Part shown: piece after piece, positions 40,102 through 50,048 of the stretch
Layout of the letters: the number at the start of each line of letters is the position of its first letter
Numbering within the stretch: position 1 is the stretch's first letter
Sequence record: NC_012638.1
Source: Escherichia phage RB14
Direction: 5' to 3' (one strand)
DNA length: 64,000 nucleotides
Notes under the pieces: generated by a model
What the model was told of the DNA's origin: nothing
The model's input: only the letters and a program-made list of their open reading frames with translations
The model's database searches: none
Translations under genes and position numbers: made by a program

Positions 40102-41915
40102 TGGTGTTTAACCCTATGCATGATTTCTTTATTTTTACCGAGATTAAATCCGCGTTCGTTCGGATTTCCCAAATAACCACATGTTCTTCTTATTGTATTC
40201 ATCTTTTTAGGATCAGTTTCTCCACAAATAGAACAAACAAATCCGTTTTCAGTAGGAGTCATTTCATGGGTACTTCCACATGTAAAACATTTATCTACTG
40301 GCATATTAACACCAAAATAATCTAAATGTTGTGCGGCATAATCCCATACAGCCTCAAGACCTTTTAAGTTATTTTTCATATCAGGAAGTTCAACATAAGA
40401 AATGTGACCACCTGTCGCAATGAAATGATATGGCGCTTCACGAGAAATCTTTTCAAACGGAGTAACATTTTCTTCTACTGAAACATGGAAACTGTTAGTG
40501 TACCAGCCTTTATCAGTAACATCCTTTACACTTCCATATTTTTCTGTATCAAGTTTACAGAAGCGATAGCAAAGGTTTTCAGCAGGAGTAGAATACAAAC
40601 TAAAAGCAAACCCAGTTCTTTCAGTCCACTGTTTAAGATGAGCATTCATTTTAGTTAAAATTTCTCGTCCAATATCACGACCGACAAGAATATTCAATTC
40701 GTGAATACCAATGTATCCTAAAGACACTGAACTTCTACCGTTTTTAAATAACTCAATTATGTCGTCATCAGGTTTAAGACGAACCCCGAATGCACCTTCT
40801 TGGTAAAGAATAGGAGCAACAGTCGCTTTAACTCCTTTTAAGGAACTAATTCTGCACATCAAAGCTTCAAAACATAAATCCATTCGTTCATTGAACAATT
40901 CGATAAATTTCTGTTCATTGAACTGTGTTCCAATATAAGAATCTAATGCGATACGAGGAAGATTCAGTGTTACAACACCGAGATTATTACGTCCATCAAG
41001 AATTTCATTGCCAGTCGAATCTTTCCATACGCTCAAGAAACTACGACAACCCATTGGAGAAACAGGAATAGATGAGCCGGTGATAGCTTTATTGTTCTTA
41101 GCTGAAATAATATCAGGATACATCCTTTTGCTTGCGCACTCTAGAGCAAGCTGTTTAATATCATAGTTCGGATCGTCTTTATAAAGATTAACACCTTCTT
41201 CAACGAACATAACAAGCTTAGGGAAAATAGGAGTTATCCCATCACGACCAAGACCTTTAATACGATTTTTCAGAATTGCTTTCTGAATCATTCGTTCAGT
41301 CCAGTCAGTTCCCGTACCAAATGTAATTGTTACAAAAGGCGTTTGTCCGTTTGAACTAAAGAGAGTATTTACTTCATATTCATAAGCTTGGAATGCATCG
41401 TATACATCTTTTTCTGTTTTAGATTGAGCATAATTCAACGCATCAGCGATTTGCCATTTTTCTGCATCCTCAATATGTTTTGCATAGGTGCGTTTAACAT
41501 AAGGAGAAAGTACTTTATCTACATTAGCAAAAGTCGTTCCGCCGTATTGATGGGAAGCAACCTGTGCAGTAATTTGTGCCATAATTGCAGTAGCAACACC
41601 GATTGATTTAGGAGTTTCAATCTGTGCATTACCAAGCTTAAATCCGTTCTCAAGCATTCCTTTTAAATCTACTAAACAACAATTAGTAAATGGAAGAGCA
41701 GGGGAATAATCAATATCATGGAAATGAATAATTCCGCTTTCATGCGCTTTCATAATAAAAGACGGGACCATATTTTTGGCAATGTGTTTAGACACAATAC
41801 CAGCCATAAGGTCCCGTTGAGTTGGAAAAACACGAGAATCTTTATTAGCATTCTCGTTTAAAAGGTCTTTATTAGTTTTATGAATCAATCCTTCAATTTC
41901 TTTTTCAATTGTCAT
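40098..41915 (-). CDS. nrdD: anaerobic ribonucleoside-triphosphate reductase NrdD, 605 aa, uninterrupted
   Basis: C-terminal glycyl-radical motif RRTCGYLG; a single continuous ORF with no intron. Confidence 0.95.
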   Translation of the reverse strand: MTIEKEIEGLIHKTNKDLLNENANKDSRVFPTQRDLMAGIVSKHIAKNMVPSFIMKAHESGIIHFHDIDYSPALPFTNCCLVDLKGMLENGFKLGNAQIETPKSIGVATAIMAQITAQVASHQYGGTTFANVDKVLSPYVKRTYAKHIEDAEKWQIADALNYAQSKTEKDVYDAFQAYEYEVNTLFSSNGQTPFVTITFGTGTDWTERMIQKAILKNRIKGLGRDGITPIFPKLVMFVEEGVNLYKDDPNYDIKQLALECASKRMYPDIISAKNNKAITGSSIPVSPMGCRSFLSVWKDSTGNEILDGRNNLGVVTLNLPRIALDSYIGTQFNEQKFIELFNERMDLCFEALMCRISSLKGVKATVAPILYQEGAFGVRLKPDDDIIELFKNGRSSVSLGYIGIHELNILVGRDIGREILTKMNAHLKQWTERTGFAFSLYSTPAENLCYRFCKLDTEKYGSVKDVTDKGWYTNSFHVSVEENVTPFEKISREAPYHFIATGGHISYVELPDMKNNLKGLEAVWDYAAQHLDYFGVNMPVDKCFTCGSTHEMTPTENGFVCSICGETDPKKMNTIRRTCGYLGNPNERGFNLGKNKEIMHRVKHQ

Positions 41916-42385
41916 TTTAAACTCTTTCTAAGCTGCTTCTTAAATGAAGCTATTAATTGTGTTTTAGTGTCAGATTCATTATATTCAAATCCTCTTCGAA
42001 GCATCTCAGCCACCATTTCCTCTTTTCCTAAACGAGAAAATTCCTTTGATTTATCTCCAACAAAGTTAGGGTGAATATTATTTTGGGTGTAATCGGATTT
42101 TAAATAAGTAAGTAAATTTTCTAACCATTCAAGATAATCAACACCTTGTCCCTTTAAGCCAGAACGATTAAATTTATGCTTCATTTGACCTTCTGCGGCA
42201 TTGCATAGATTACAAAGCAATCCACGTACCTTTCCTGCTTTTGGTCCATTTAATTCATGGTCATGATCGAGGTGATTAGCTTGAACATCAGGATTTAGTT
42301 CTCGTTGGCAAATTAAGCATTTACCGTTTTGTGCATCATAAAATTTCTGTTTTTCTTCTTTATATAATTTGCCAGTCAATAACAT
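41912..42385 (-). CDS. 49: endonuclease VII gp49 (Holliday junction resolvase), 157 aa
   Basis: 157 aa with zinc-binding cysteines, as T4 gp49. Confidence 0.85.
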   Translation of the reverse strand: MLLTGKLYKEEKQKFYDAQNGKCLICQRELNPDVQANHLDHDHELNGPKAGKVRGLLCNLCNAAEGQMKHKFNRSGLKGQGVDYLEWLENLLTYLKSDYTQNNIHPNFVGDKSKEFSRLGKEEMVAEMLRRGFEYNESDTKTQLIASFKKQLRKSLK

Positions 42386-42426
42386 AATAAACCCTTACCT
42401 TAAATAGATAAGGGTATTTATTATTT

Positions 42427-42912
42427 TCAAGTATTGTAAAACATTTGATTCAATCGCTTATATTGCCGAATCTTTTGGTCAGAAAAAGAAATTTGGGTTT
42501 CAAGCCATTCAATATATTCTGCCGCAGCTTGCATCAAATTTCCTTCATAGCCATCGTTATTTTCTTGTGCAGCTAATTTAGCTAATGCGTATGAAATACG
42601 TTCACCTTGAAAACCAGCTTTAGGCTTCTGAACAACTTGATTAGTTCTCTCTACAACTTCCTCGATTTCACCATTTTCTACTGATTCAGTATTCCACAAG
42701 CACCAATACGCAGTTGGCTTATCGTAGATATTAATAATCTTTCCATCAGAAAGTTCAATTTCAATAATTCCAGTATCAGGTTCTATATCATCTTCACATT
42801 CTTTTGCAAGTTCACGAACTTTAAAGACAGTACCTGCACTAAGTTCCGGCCAGTAATTACATAGCTCTTTATCAACACGATTAATTCTAAACCACTTATC
42901 TACTGTAATCAT
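42427..42912 (-). CDS. pin: Pin-position protein (inhibitor of host Lon), 161 aa from ATG
   Basis: position downstream of gene 49 and size match T4 pin; the table start is TTG, an ATG lies 6 codons in. Confidence 0.5.
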   Translation of the reverse strand: MITVDKWFRINRVDKELCNYWPELSAGTVFKVRELAKECEDDIEPDTGIIEIELSDGKIINIYDKPTAYWCLWNTESVENGEIEEVVERTNQVVQKPKAGFQGERISYALAKLAAQENNDGYEGNLMQAAAEYIEWLETQISFSDQKIRQYKRLNQMFYNT

Positions 42913-43035
42913 GTCCCATCTCCATATCAATTAAGTCATTTATCGTTGGTTCATTATATACTGTTTCTTCATCAGTGTAAACCGGTTCTTCCGGCTCTGG
43001 CTCTACAGTTTCCCATCTAGCCGCCCACCAAGGTT

Positions 43036-43356
43036 TTATAGCGTAATCCATTCTCGTACTATCTGAGTTACTACACGTTCATGGGGCTCGACTAGTTCAA
43101 CAGTCGGAACTGCATAATACCAGTCAGAATGATAAGAACCTGACCGAGATTCATTTACCGCTACATGTACATTATGTTTTGGACTAAAGTAAACACACTG
43201 ACGATATTGACATTTACCATCTTGCACCCAGTCTTCTATTTCGACAGGTTTAAGATAATCGGAAAAATCGAAATCATAGTTTTCCGAAAATGCATCATGG
43301 TCTTCAATGATTTCGCTCAGAACTGCATCAACATCTAATTTATTTTCAATAGTCAT
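43036..43356 (-). CDS. hypothetical protein, 106 aa
   Basis: ORF table. Confidence 0.5.
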   Translation of the reverse strand: MTIENKLDVDAVLSEIIEDHDAFSENYDFDFSDYLKPVEIEDWVQDGKCQYRQCVYFSPKHNVHVAVNESRSGSYHSDWYYAVPTVELVEPHERVVTQIVREWITL

Positions 43357-43366
43357 TTTTCACCAA

Positions 43367-43537
43367 TTAATTTCGCAATTTATTAAGTTCTTCATCATCA
43401 ATCCAGGATTCTAGTCCTGATGGCAGGGCACATTCAATTTCCCAAAGAAGTTCTTCAATTTTCTGAAGACGTTCTAGTTCTTCGGCTGGAATAGTAACCA
43501 TTGACGGAGCTCGTGATACATTAATATCGTAAATCAT
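43367..43537 (-). CDS. small acidic protein, about 56 aa (not in ORF table)
   Basis: my translation MIYDINVSRAPSMVTIPAEELERLQKIEELLWEIE... Confidence 0.35.
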   Translation of the reverse strand: MIYDINVSRAPSMVTIPAEELERLQKIEELLWEIECALPSGLESWIDDEELNKLRN

Positions 43538-43539
43538 AT

Positions 43540-43755
43540 TTACCCCAATTTAACCATACAATCGCCGTATTTCCACTTAGAAATAGACTTTTCACCATTA
43601 GAATAATAAACTTCGAGTTTAGCACGATTATTTTTAATTTGAATAACCTTGGCTGTCATCAAAGTTCCACACCCATAATAAACTGCAACTTCATCACCTA
43701 CATATACCGCGCTTCCGCGGTAATCATGAATATAGTCAGTTCCTTCGAGCATCAT
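43540..43755 (-). CDS. hypothetical protein, 71 aa
   Basis: ORF table. Confidence 0.45.
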   Translation of the reverse strand: MMLEGTDYIHDYRGSAVYVGDEVAVYYGCGTLMTAKVIQIKNNRAKLEVYYSNGEKSISKWKYGDCMVKLG

Positions 43756-44015
43756 TTAAAATATTCTCGCAGTTGGTCAAATCCACCAATATGACTTCCA
43801 TCAGGAGCAAATACCTGGGGCATTGTCAAGCCGATTTGAGTATCACGACCTAGTTTAGTCAGAAGCTCAGCAATTTTCTCATCATCAAAAACACCTTTTT
43901 CCGGCATAATGTTGATAAATTCAAACGGCTGTTTCTTCACGGTCAAAAGACGTTTTGCATTATCGCAATACACACATTTATGAATGTTGCTATCATAACC
44001 ATATACTTTAAACAT
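43752..44015 (-). CDS. nrdC: thioredoxin/glutaredoxin NrdC, 87 aa
   Basis: CVYC active site; matches T4 NrdC as I recall. Confidence 0.9.
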   Translation of the reverse strand: MFKVYGYDSNIHKCVYCDNAKRLLTVKKQPFEFINIMPEKGVFDDEKIAELLTKLGRDTQIGLTMPQVFAPDGSHIGGFDQLREYFK

Positions 44016-44016
44016 A

Positions 44017-44259
44017 TTATTCCTTAATTCCTAGTACTTGTTTAAAAGTCTCGTCGTAATCAAGACTTTGGCCCGTTTGTTCTTTATGTTTGTATATAAT
44101 ATCACTTACTTCTGATAGCATATTTTTATATGAACGAGTTAAAGCAGATTTAAGCACGCTGTATCTATCAGGAAATTTACCATGTTCATTATAATAAGCT
44201 ATTGCTAATTCACGGACTGCCTTTTCAGCAGCCTCCATATATTCTTTACGCTTGGTCAT
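44017..44259 (-). CDS. nrdC.1-position protein, 80 aa
   Basis: ORF table. Confidence 0.5.
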   Translation of the reverse strand: MTKRKEYMEAAEKAVRELAIAYYNEHGKFPDRYSVLKSALTRSYKNMLSEVSDIIYKHKEQTGQSLDYDETFKQVLGIKE

Positions 44260-44261
44260 TT

Positions 44262-44651
44262 TTAATCCAAAATATTATTAGGCATTGGTTGAACACTCAC
44301 AAGTTCTTTAAAGAACTCAGTAGAGTCAGGCAATTTAACCATTTCCGGAGCATGCTTACTGAATTTATGTTTACATTGACGGCATTTATATTCAAGCTCT
44401 GGTTTACGCCAGTTAATCAATTGAACTTGTTCAGTTCCACATTCAGGGCAATTAGGAACGTTTTTAGAAGCCCTTTCACGTCGTTCAACCATAGCCATAA
44501 TAGCATCCCATGCTGGAGGTTTAAAATCTAAATCGTCGCAGCCGTGAATCTTTCCACGCATTTCCATATCATCTTCCTCACCAGCCATAATAATTTTAAT
44601 TAAACTGGAATTACTTGAAGCTGCAATGTCTTCTAATAGACGCTTTTTCAT
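44262..44651 (-). CDS. zinc-ribbon protein, 129 aa
   Basis: CPEC...CRQC motif. Confidence 0.5.
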   Translation of the reverse strand: MKKRLLEDIAASSNSSLIKIIMAGEEDDMEMRGKIHGCDDLDFKPPAWDAIMAMVERRERASKNVPNCPECGTEQVQLINWRKPELEYKCRQCKHKFSKHAPEMVKLPDSTEFFKELVSVQPMPNNILD

Positions 44652-45577
44652 TTCAATACCTCAATAGCATTACGTAAACCATTTGCTTTTGCATTAAGAG
44701 CTTTTAATAATTTGGTGTGTTCTGCAATTTGGGCTTCAACTTCAATCAAACGAGCATTGAGATATTCGCGTTCTTCACTCAGATTATCAGCCTTTTCTGC
44801 TTTAGGTTCTTTTACAACTTGCTTATATGTATTAGGGTTCTTCAGTTTAATTAGAATGCGTGAACTGTACAGCATTGAACCATTATCTTCGGTTTCGTCA
44901 TACATTTCCACTACGTCCATCATCTCCACCATCGTGCAGAGTTTATAAGACAACGAACGAATAATTTTGTTGTGCTTATTAATTTCTCTAGCTGTCATGG
45001 TGCCGAGATTACGTGAGTAATAATAAGGAACCTGGATATTAATTAATACTGATGAACCACCTGGCTTGTGTGTTACTTCATCAGCAATAACCCAATCCTT
45101 AACATGAACTGTATTTGTACGGTCATCGCCCGCGGTAAATAGTTTACGAGCATGCTTAAAAAGCATATTCACTTGGTCATTGAATTGACAAGCGAATTTA
45201 TCAGCAAATTTAGTTTCGGGAATGGTAGATAACCAATCAGCCAAATGGGTCTTTTTAACATCGTTAACAATAGTAAATTGAACCAAATCGGTTATAGATG
45301 TCGCAGATTTAATGAAGCTCGGCTTCATAAAGTTTTTAATGTTATCACGAGCTACAGTAGAAGATAACATACGAGAACGTTTAAACCATTCAAGCAAATT
45401 GCCTAACGAATGAGAATAAGCGTTTTGAGTATCTTTACAGATATGATTTTCCTGACCAACATATTGAAGGAAATCACGAAGAATATTATTGATTACTGCT
45501 CTGTGCCCGATCTGATAATTACGGTGTTTAGTAATAAGACTATCAAAATAATCAATATAATGTTTACGAGTTTTCAT
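44648..45577 (-). CDS. paralogue A with C-terminal coiled coil, 309 aa
   Basis: one of four tandem ORFs with similar architecture and heptad-rich C-termini. Confidence 0.55.
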   Translation of the reverse strand: MKTRKHYIDYFDSLITKHRNYQIGHRAVINNILRDFLQYVGQENHICKDTQNAYSHSLGNLLEWFKRSRMLSSTVARDNIKNFMKPSFIKSATSITDLVQFTIVNDVKKTHLADWLSTIPETKFADKFACQFNDQVNMLFKHARKLFTAGDDRTNTVHVKDWVIADEVTHKPGGSSVLINIQVPYYYSRNLGTMTAREINKHNKIIRSLSYKLCTMVEMMDVVEMYDETEDNGSMLYSSRILIKLKNPNTYKQVVKEPKAEKADNLSEEREYLNARLIEVEAQIAEHTKLLKALNAKANGLRNAIEVLK

Positions 45578-45629
45578 GTTCTTCTCACTTGGTTAATGAT
45601 TTATGCTCCGAGCCATCCTTGGCTTTAAA

Positions 45630-46631
45630 TTACTTAATTAACTGTAAAGCTTGTTCCAAACGATCAAGACGATTAACAGATTCTTCCCAAATCTTTTTAG
45701 CCTGCTCATATTCTTTCTGCGCTTTATTAGAAATTTCTAGAACTTCCTTATAAGCTTTTTCTAGTGCAATAACTTCTGGACGAATTTCTACCGGTTCAGG
45801 TGAATCATCAAGATTATCCATTAGTTCCTCAAGGGTAGTTTCTTCTTTAGGAGTATTCACAATTTCATCACATTTTTGTTGATAAATTTCTTTATCAGTA
45901 GGTGAGTACGCGCACTTTACTTCACGAAGACTAATTACAATTTTATATCCTTCCCAACCACCCATATTTTTGAAAGGATATGTATGAATACTTTTTACAG
46001 TTTCCATACAATCCAAAGCCGTCTCTAATTGATGAGTTATAGTGCTAGCAATTGAGAAAAATTTATTAATATTCTTTTGGTTAGCTTCTGGTGTAAAAAA
46101 TTCGTAATTCACAAAAATAGCTACTTTATTTTTATCAAGCTCATATTCTTTTACGATAATCATATCAGAAGCCAAAGGATGAATTTGACGATAATCGCCA
46201 TAACATAATTTAGAAGCTGATTTCAGAATTTGTCCTTTAAAAAGTCTGAAATTACTAATCCAACGACGAGTAAAAATATTCTTAGGGTCTTCTTTGATAT
46301 TAAGATGATAAGAATTAACATCACCGAACCAATTGTATCCTATTACACCTTTAGTTCGTTTAATTTCTTTCCCAAAATTACCAAGAATATCCCGATTAAC
46401 CAAATATGAAAGAAGACGAGACCCTTTAAAGATTATCTTAATATCATCTTTATCTACACGGCTAGAAATTTCACGAACTTCATGAATAAATTTACTGGAA
46501 GAAACAATACTTGCATCAATACTGCTGAGCCATTGATTGATAATAGAAAGAACAGCGTTCTGACTAGACATGGGTTTAACTTTATCATCAATAACGCTAT
46601 TGAATGATTTGATATATTCGTTACGAGTCAT
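45630..46631 (-). CDS. paralogue B with C-terminal coiled coil, about 333 aa
   Basis: GAGGAG Shine-Dalgarno before the ATG at 46629-46631, downstream of an early promoter. Confidence 0.55.
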   Translation of the reverse strand: MTRNEYIKSFNSVIDDKVKPMSSQNAVLSIINQWLSSIDASIVSSSKFIHEVREISSRVDKDDIKIIFKGSRLLSYLVNRDILGNFGKEIKRTKGVIGYNWFGDVNSYHLNIKEDPKNIFTRRWISNFRLFKGQILKSASKLCYGDYRQIHPLASDMIIVKEYELDKNKVAIFVNYEFFTPEANQKNINKFFSIASTITHQLETALDCMETVKSIHTYPFKNMGGWEGYKIVISLREVKCAYSPTDKEIYQQKCDEIVNTPKEETTLEELMDNLDDSPEPVEIRPEVIALEKAYKEVLEISNKAQKEYEQAKKIWEESVNRLDRLEQALQLIK

Positions 46632-46659
46632 ATTAATCTCCTCAGTAGAAAGTAAAAAC

Positions 46660-46689
46660 ATTATACCACATCCTTGTGGTAAAGTAAAC
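46660..46689 (-). promoter_or_regulatory. early promoter, exact duplicate of the one at 2418-2447
   Basis: 32-bp identity attataccacatccttgtggtaaagtaaacta. Confidence 0.6.
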
Positions 46690-47708
46690 TAGTTCAGTGC
46701 ATTTAATGCATTGTTCAGTTTAGAACGTTGCTTCGTGAGATTTTTGACTTTTTCTTGTGCTTTTTCTAGCATCTTTTCAGCTTCTAACACTTCATTGGTC
46801 GCTTTAACGAGTTCATCATCTACTGCCTTAAGAGACTTCTCAATCGCATCCGCGTGCCATTTTTCAACAGGTTTAAGACTCGGATTTTCAATAGGAAGAA
46901 AATTCACTTTATTAAATTTCCATGCATCTTTATTACCTGAGCTATACATCCAAAATTTAGGATCGTTTGATGAGCAATTAGATAAATTTAAGTTATCTTG
47001 CACTTCCTGCTTTTTCTCTTGCGGGACTTCATCCTTTCTCAAAAAATCGTATTTAAATGAAACGATCATATCAAGTTCATACGTTGTTGTATGTTCCCAA
47101 TTTCGCTCAAAATGAGGTAAAATCTTAGACTGAACAGCAGAAACAACATCCATATACTTAAATGCTTCTGTCAGCTGTGATTTAAGACATTCACAAATTG
47201 AAAGAGAATTTTTAGTACTAGGTTTAAAGCTAATTCGTGCAGTTCTATTATTTTCTTTTAATGGTCTTACTTCCATCTGAAGAGTATAACCATCAAATTT
47301 CAGATTCTTTAAGTTAATATCAGAGCCCTTTAATCGACTAGCAGTAGACAAAATTTGCTTTAATTGTTTACGAAATAGAGCAATAAATCTCCATTCAATA
47401 CGATAATGATTTGGATTAAAAAATCCTGTTGATAAATCAACCTTACTCTGACCAACGCCTTGAACAAATAGAGGATTTTTATAATCAATAGTTTTACAGA
47501 AATCGGTGAGCTGCTCACGAGCAGTCATTTGAGTAATATACCCTGCTTCATTAAAATGACGTAACCATTCACTGCTATTCATATACTTAAAGTGAATATC
47601 ACGATTAACTTTATCAGGGTCTAAATTATTTTGGCACAAAAATGTCATAACATTACGGGTATAGCTGGCATTACGAACCATATCTTCAATTTGAGAACGA
47701 GTTTTCAT
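46689..47708 (-). CDS. paralogue C with C-terminal coiled coil, 339 aa
   Basis: ORF table; same architecture as neighbours. Confidence 0.55.
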   Translation of the reverse strand: MKTRSQIEDMVRNASYTRNVMTFLCQNNLDPDKVNRDIHFKYMNSSEWLRHFNEAGYITQMTAREQLTDFCKTIDYKNPLFVQGVGQSKVDLSTGFFNPNHYRIEWRFIALFRKQLKQILSTASRLKGSDINLKNLKFDGYTLQMEVRPLKENNRTARISFKPSTKNSLSICECLKSQLTEAFKYMDVVSAVQSKILPHFERNWEHTTTYELDMIVSFKYDFLRKDEVPQEKKQEVQDNLNLSNCSSNDPKFWMYSSGNKDAWKFNKVNFLPIENPSLKPVEKWHADAIEKSLKAVDDELVKATNEVLEAEKMLEKAQEKVKNLTKQRSKLNNALNALN

Positions 47709-47716
47709 GGTGTTCC

Positions 47717-48619
47717 TTAAGATTTAAGTAAATCAACAATTTTAATTAATTTTTCACGCTCAGATTTAGCTTTACTACTCAATCCAGATAGTCTGAAAAT
47801 TTCATCGTCATACTGTTGAATAGAAATATTCAGCTCTTCAATTTGCTTATTAAAATAATCAATTTGCTCAGAATGTTTTTCGTTACTACGAACTGGTACA
47901 GGGTTTGTAGGCAATTTAGTTGAACTGGATTCATCCGGGCGATAAATTAAAATACAACTTGAACCAATAGGGCATTTTGCACCAGATGAATATTCTAATG
48001 TTCCGGCTTCTTTTAAAACTTCAAAAGCTAAACAGAGATGATGCCCCATATTAACATAATCAGTAGAGCGAGCTCTGATGTAATAATCATCTCCACGAGT
48101 ACTAAATTTAAAGCATTTAAGGTCTTCTGTATTATTGGTCTTAAAAATCATTTGTTTATCTAGACCTTTAGCTAATCGAGCGCCTAATGCTAATAATCGT
48201 CGTTGATTTTCCCACAAATCTGCGATCATTTGGTCAAATGATAATTTCGGCATTAGTCGACCATAAAGGTCGTATCCTTTATTATAATTGCGAAGGATTT
48301 CACTCGCATTAATACGAGACAACGCTCCAATTTTATTAAGGGCTTTCATGATGCGATTAGATAAACCCATTCCAGACCCGTTTGTTCGTTGTAAATGTTT
48401 ATCTAATCCAAACCCAATATCAACTTTAAATTTATCTAAAATTTCAGCATGAACATCTCTGTCAATAACATTCAAATCCAAAGTTGGGTTAAATCTATGA
48501 AAAAATTTATCTGGCTCTCCACGACGAAGTACAGTCCATTCATTCAATTTTTTATTAACTAAAGATTTAATTACTGCATTGACATTATTAATTACTACTG
48601 ACATATTTTCCTCACTCAA
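47717..48619 (-). CDS. paralogue D with C-terminal coiled coil, 300 aa
   Basis: ORF table; same architecture as neighbours. Confidence 0.55.
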   Translation of the reverse strand: MSEENMSVVINNVNAVIKSLVNKKLNEWTVLRRGEPDKFFHRFNPTLDLNVIDRDVHAEILDKFKVDIGFGLDKHLQRTNGSGMGLSNRIMKALNKIGALSRINASEILRNYNKGYDLYGRLMPKLSFDQMIADLWENQRRLLALGARLAKGLDKQMIFKTNNTEDLKCFKFSTRGDDYYIRARSTDYVNMGHHLCLAFEVLKEAGTLEYSSGAKCPIGSSCILIYRPDESSSTKLPTNPVPVRSNEKHSEQIDYFNKQIEELNISIQQYDDEIFRLSGLSSKAKSEREKLIKIVDLLKS

Positions 48620-49020
48620 TTTTCAATTTTACTAAATACGCAGAATATGATGGAAAAGACTATATAAGCACCGCATACAGATTGAACTAATACCATTCCA
48701 AAGAACCAAACAATATTATCAAACCATGTCTGTTTTACGTCGAAAGGACGTAAACTTACAGTAATATTATCGCCTTTTTCTATTGATGAATACATCTCTG
48801 GTGAAATATATTCGCTAAATCTATAACCGTCTTTAAGTTCATATACAGCAATAAACGATAAACTAGACCCCTTTCCTTGAGTTCCTGTAAAGGTATTAAC
48901 TACAGTAACATCATAATCTTTATAATGCATATAATCATTAATTGCGTAATAACCATATGCAATTACTATACATAAACAACATATCAATAAATTCAATCTT
49001 TTAATTATCAACTGTTTCAT
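48616..49020 (-). CDS. membrane protein with two terminal transmembrane segments, 134 aa
   Basis: hydrophobic N- and C-termini; stop overlaps the start of paralogue D. Confidence 0.55.
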   Translation of the reverse strand: MKQLIIKRLNLLICCLCIVIAYGYYAINDYMHYKDYDVTVVNTFTGTQGKGSSLSFIAVYELKDGYRFSEYISPEMYSSIEKGDNITVSLRPFDVKQTWFDNIVWFFGMVLVQSVCGAYIVFSIIFCVFSKIEN

Positions 49021-49075
49021 AATAATCTCAATTAAAAGGGCTTAGAACCATTATACCATCCTTGGTATAAAGCGG

Positions 49076-49603
49076 TTATGCGAGTACCGTCTTTAACCGT
49101 TCTTCAAACTTCCGAAGAGTATTTTGGCGTTCAGCTCTTTGCTTTTTGTAAGTTTCAATACGCTCTGAAATGAGAGTGTATCGTTCATTTACTGATTCTT
49201 TCATAAAATCAGGAATTTCACGAGAAGCTTTAATCTCGTCAAATTTATCAATAACAGCTTGCTCTTCAGCAATTAAGTTATCATACATCAAAATATCTTT
49301 CTTGATGAACTCAATATCTTCTTGAGTTACACGAGATAATTTAGATGCTTTATCCTTTTTGTACTGTTCGTTAGTATCACGAGACCAGTGTAATGTACGA
49401 TTTTTATTCGTATTCTTGTAAATTTCTACAATACCAATCTCATCGATAATAACGATCCAATTCCAACGGGATTTGTAAATTTGTCCTCCATCAACAGTGA
49501 TTTCACCTCCGATTGAGATGTCATTAAAGAACTTGCTTTGTGCTTCAGATTTAAATTTACCATCGTTGTAATTTACCAGGTTGAAAATATCTTTAGCGTT
49601 CAT
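49076..49603 (-). CDS. hypothetical protein, about 175 aa
   Basis: GGAGG Shine-Dalgarno before ATG at 49601-49603; the table ORF reads through the promoter leader. Confidence 0.5.
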   Translation of the reverse strand: MNAKDIFNLVNYNDGKFKSEAQSKFFNDISIGGEITVDGGQIYKSRWNWIVIIDEIGIVEIYKNTNKNRTLHWSRDTNEQYKKDKASKLSRVTQEDIEFIKKDILMYDNLIAEEQAVIDKFDEIKASREIPDFMKESVNERYTLISERIETYKKQRAERQNTLRKFEERLKTVLA

Positions 49604-49631
49604 TTTGTGTTCCTCCGTAGTTGATAGTTGT

Positions 49632-49661
49632 ATAGTACCACAGAGGAACGGTCTTGTAAAC
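49632..49661 (-). promoter_or_regulatory. early promoter with conserved leader
   Basis: plus atagta 49632-49637, gtaaac 49656-49661. Confidence 0.55.
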
Positions 49662-49663
49662 AA

Positions 49664-49978
49664 CTAAAAGAAACTTCTTTCACAATTTTTTCCACTGAAC
49701 CACGCGCTCACTGCTTTCTTAGTCTCAGGAGCAGTGTTATCCATAAACCATTCAAAGGCAGCCTTTTTATGATTCTGGAGGGCTTCTCGGGCTTTAATCT
49801 GCTCACGGTCTATTAACACTAACATATGAGCCTTTCTTGTCACCAGGGGCTTCTTATGATTTTTTGAATATTCCCAATCATTTGTCCATCGCATTGTCGT
49901 TGCGAACTGATGAACCGCGTCTTTAATTTTAGTTTCATAAATTTCACGAGCCTTTGAGTATAACATCATTACCTCCAT
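49664..49978 (-). CDS. hypothetical protein, 104 aa
   Basis: ORF table. Confidence 0.5.
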   Translation of the reverse strand: MEVMMLYSKAREIYETKIKDAVHQFATTMRWTNDWEYSKNHKKPLVTRKAHMLVLIDREQIKAREALQNHKKAAFEWFMDNTAPETKKAVSAWFSGKNCERSFF

Positions 49979-50048
49979 TTACCAGTTTAATTCTAGTCAT
50001 CTTTTTAATGGCAGTCCATATAATCTATTTCTGAACTGCCTTTTTGTC

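Noticed and set aside
42902-43051. 52-aa acidic minus-strand ORF between the pin-position gene and the next ORF
   Set aside because: Overlaps both neighbours in different frames and has no clear ribosome-binding site
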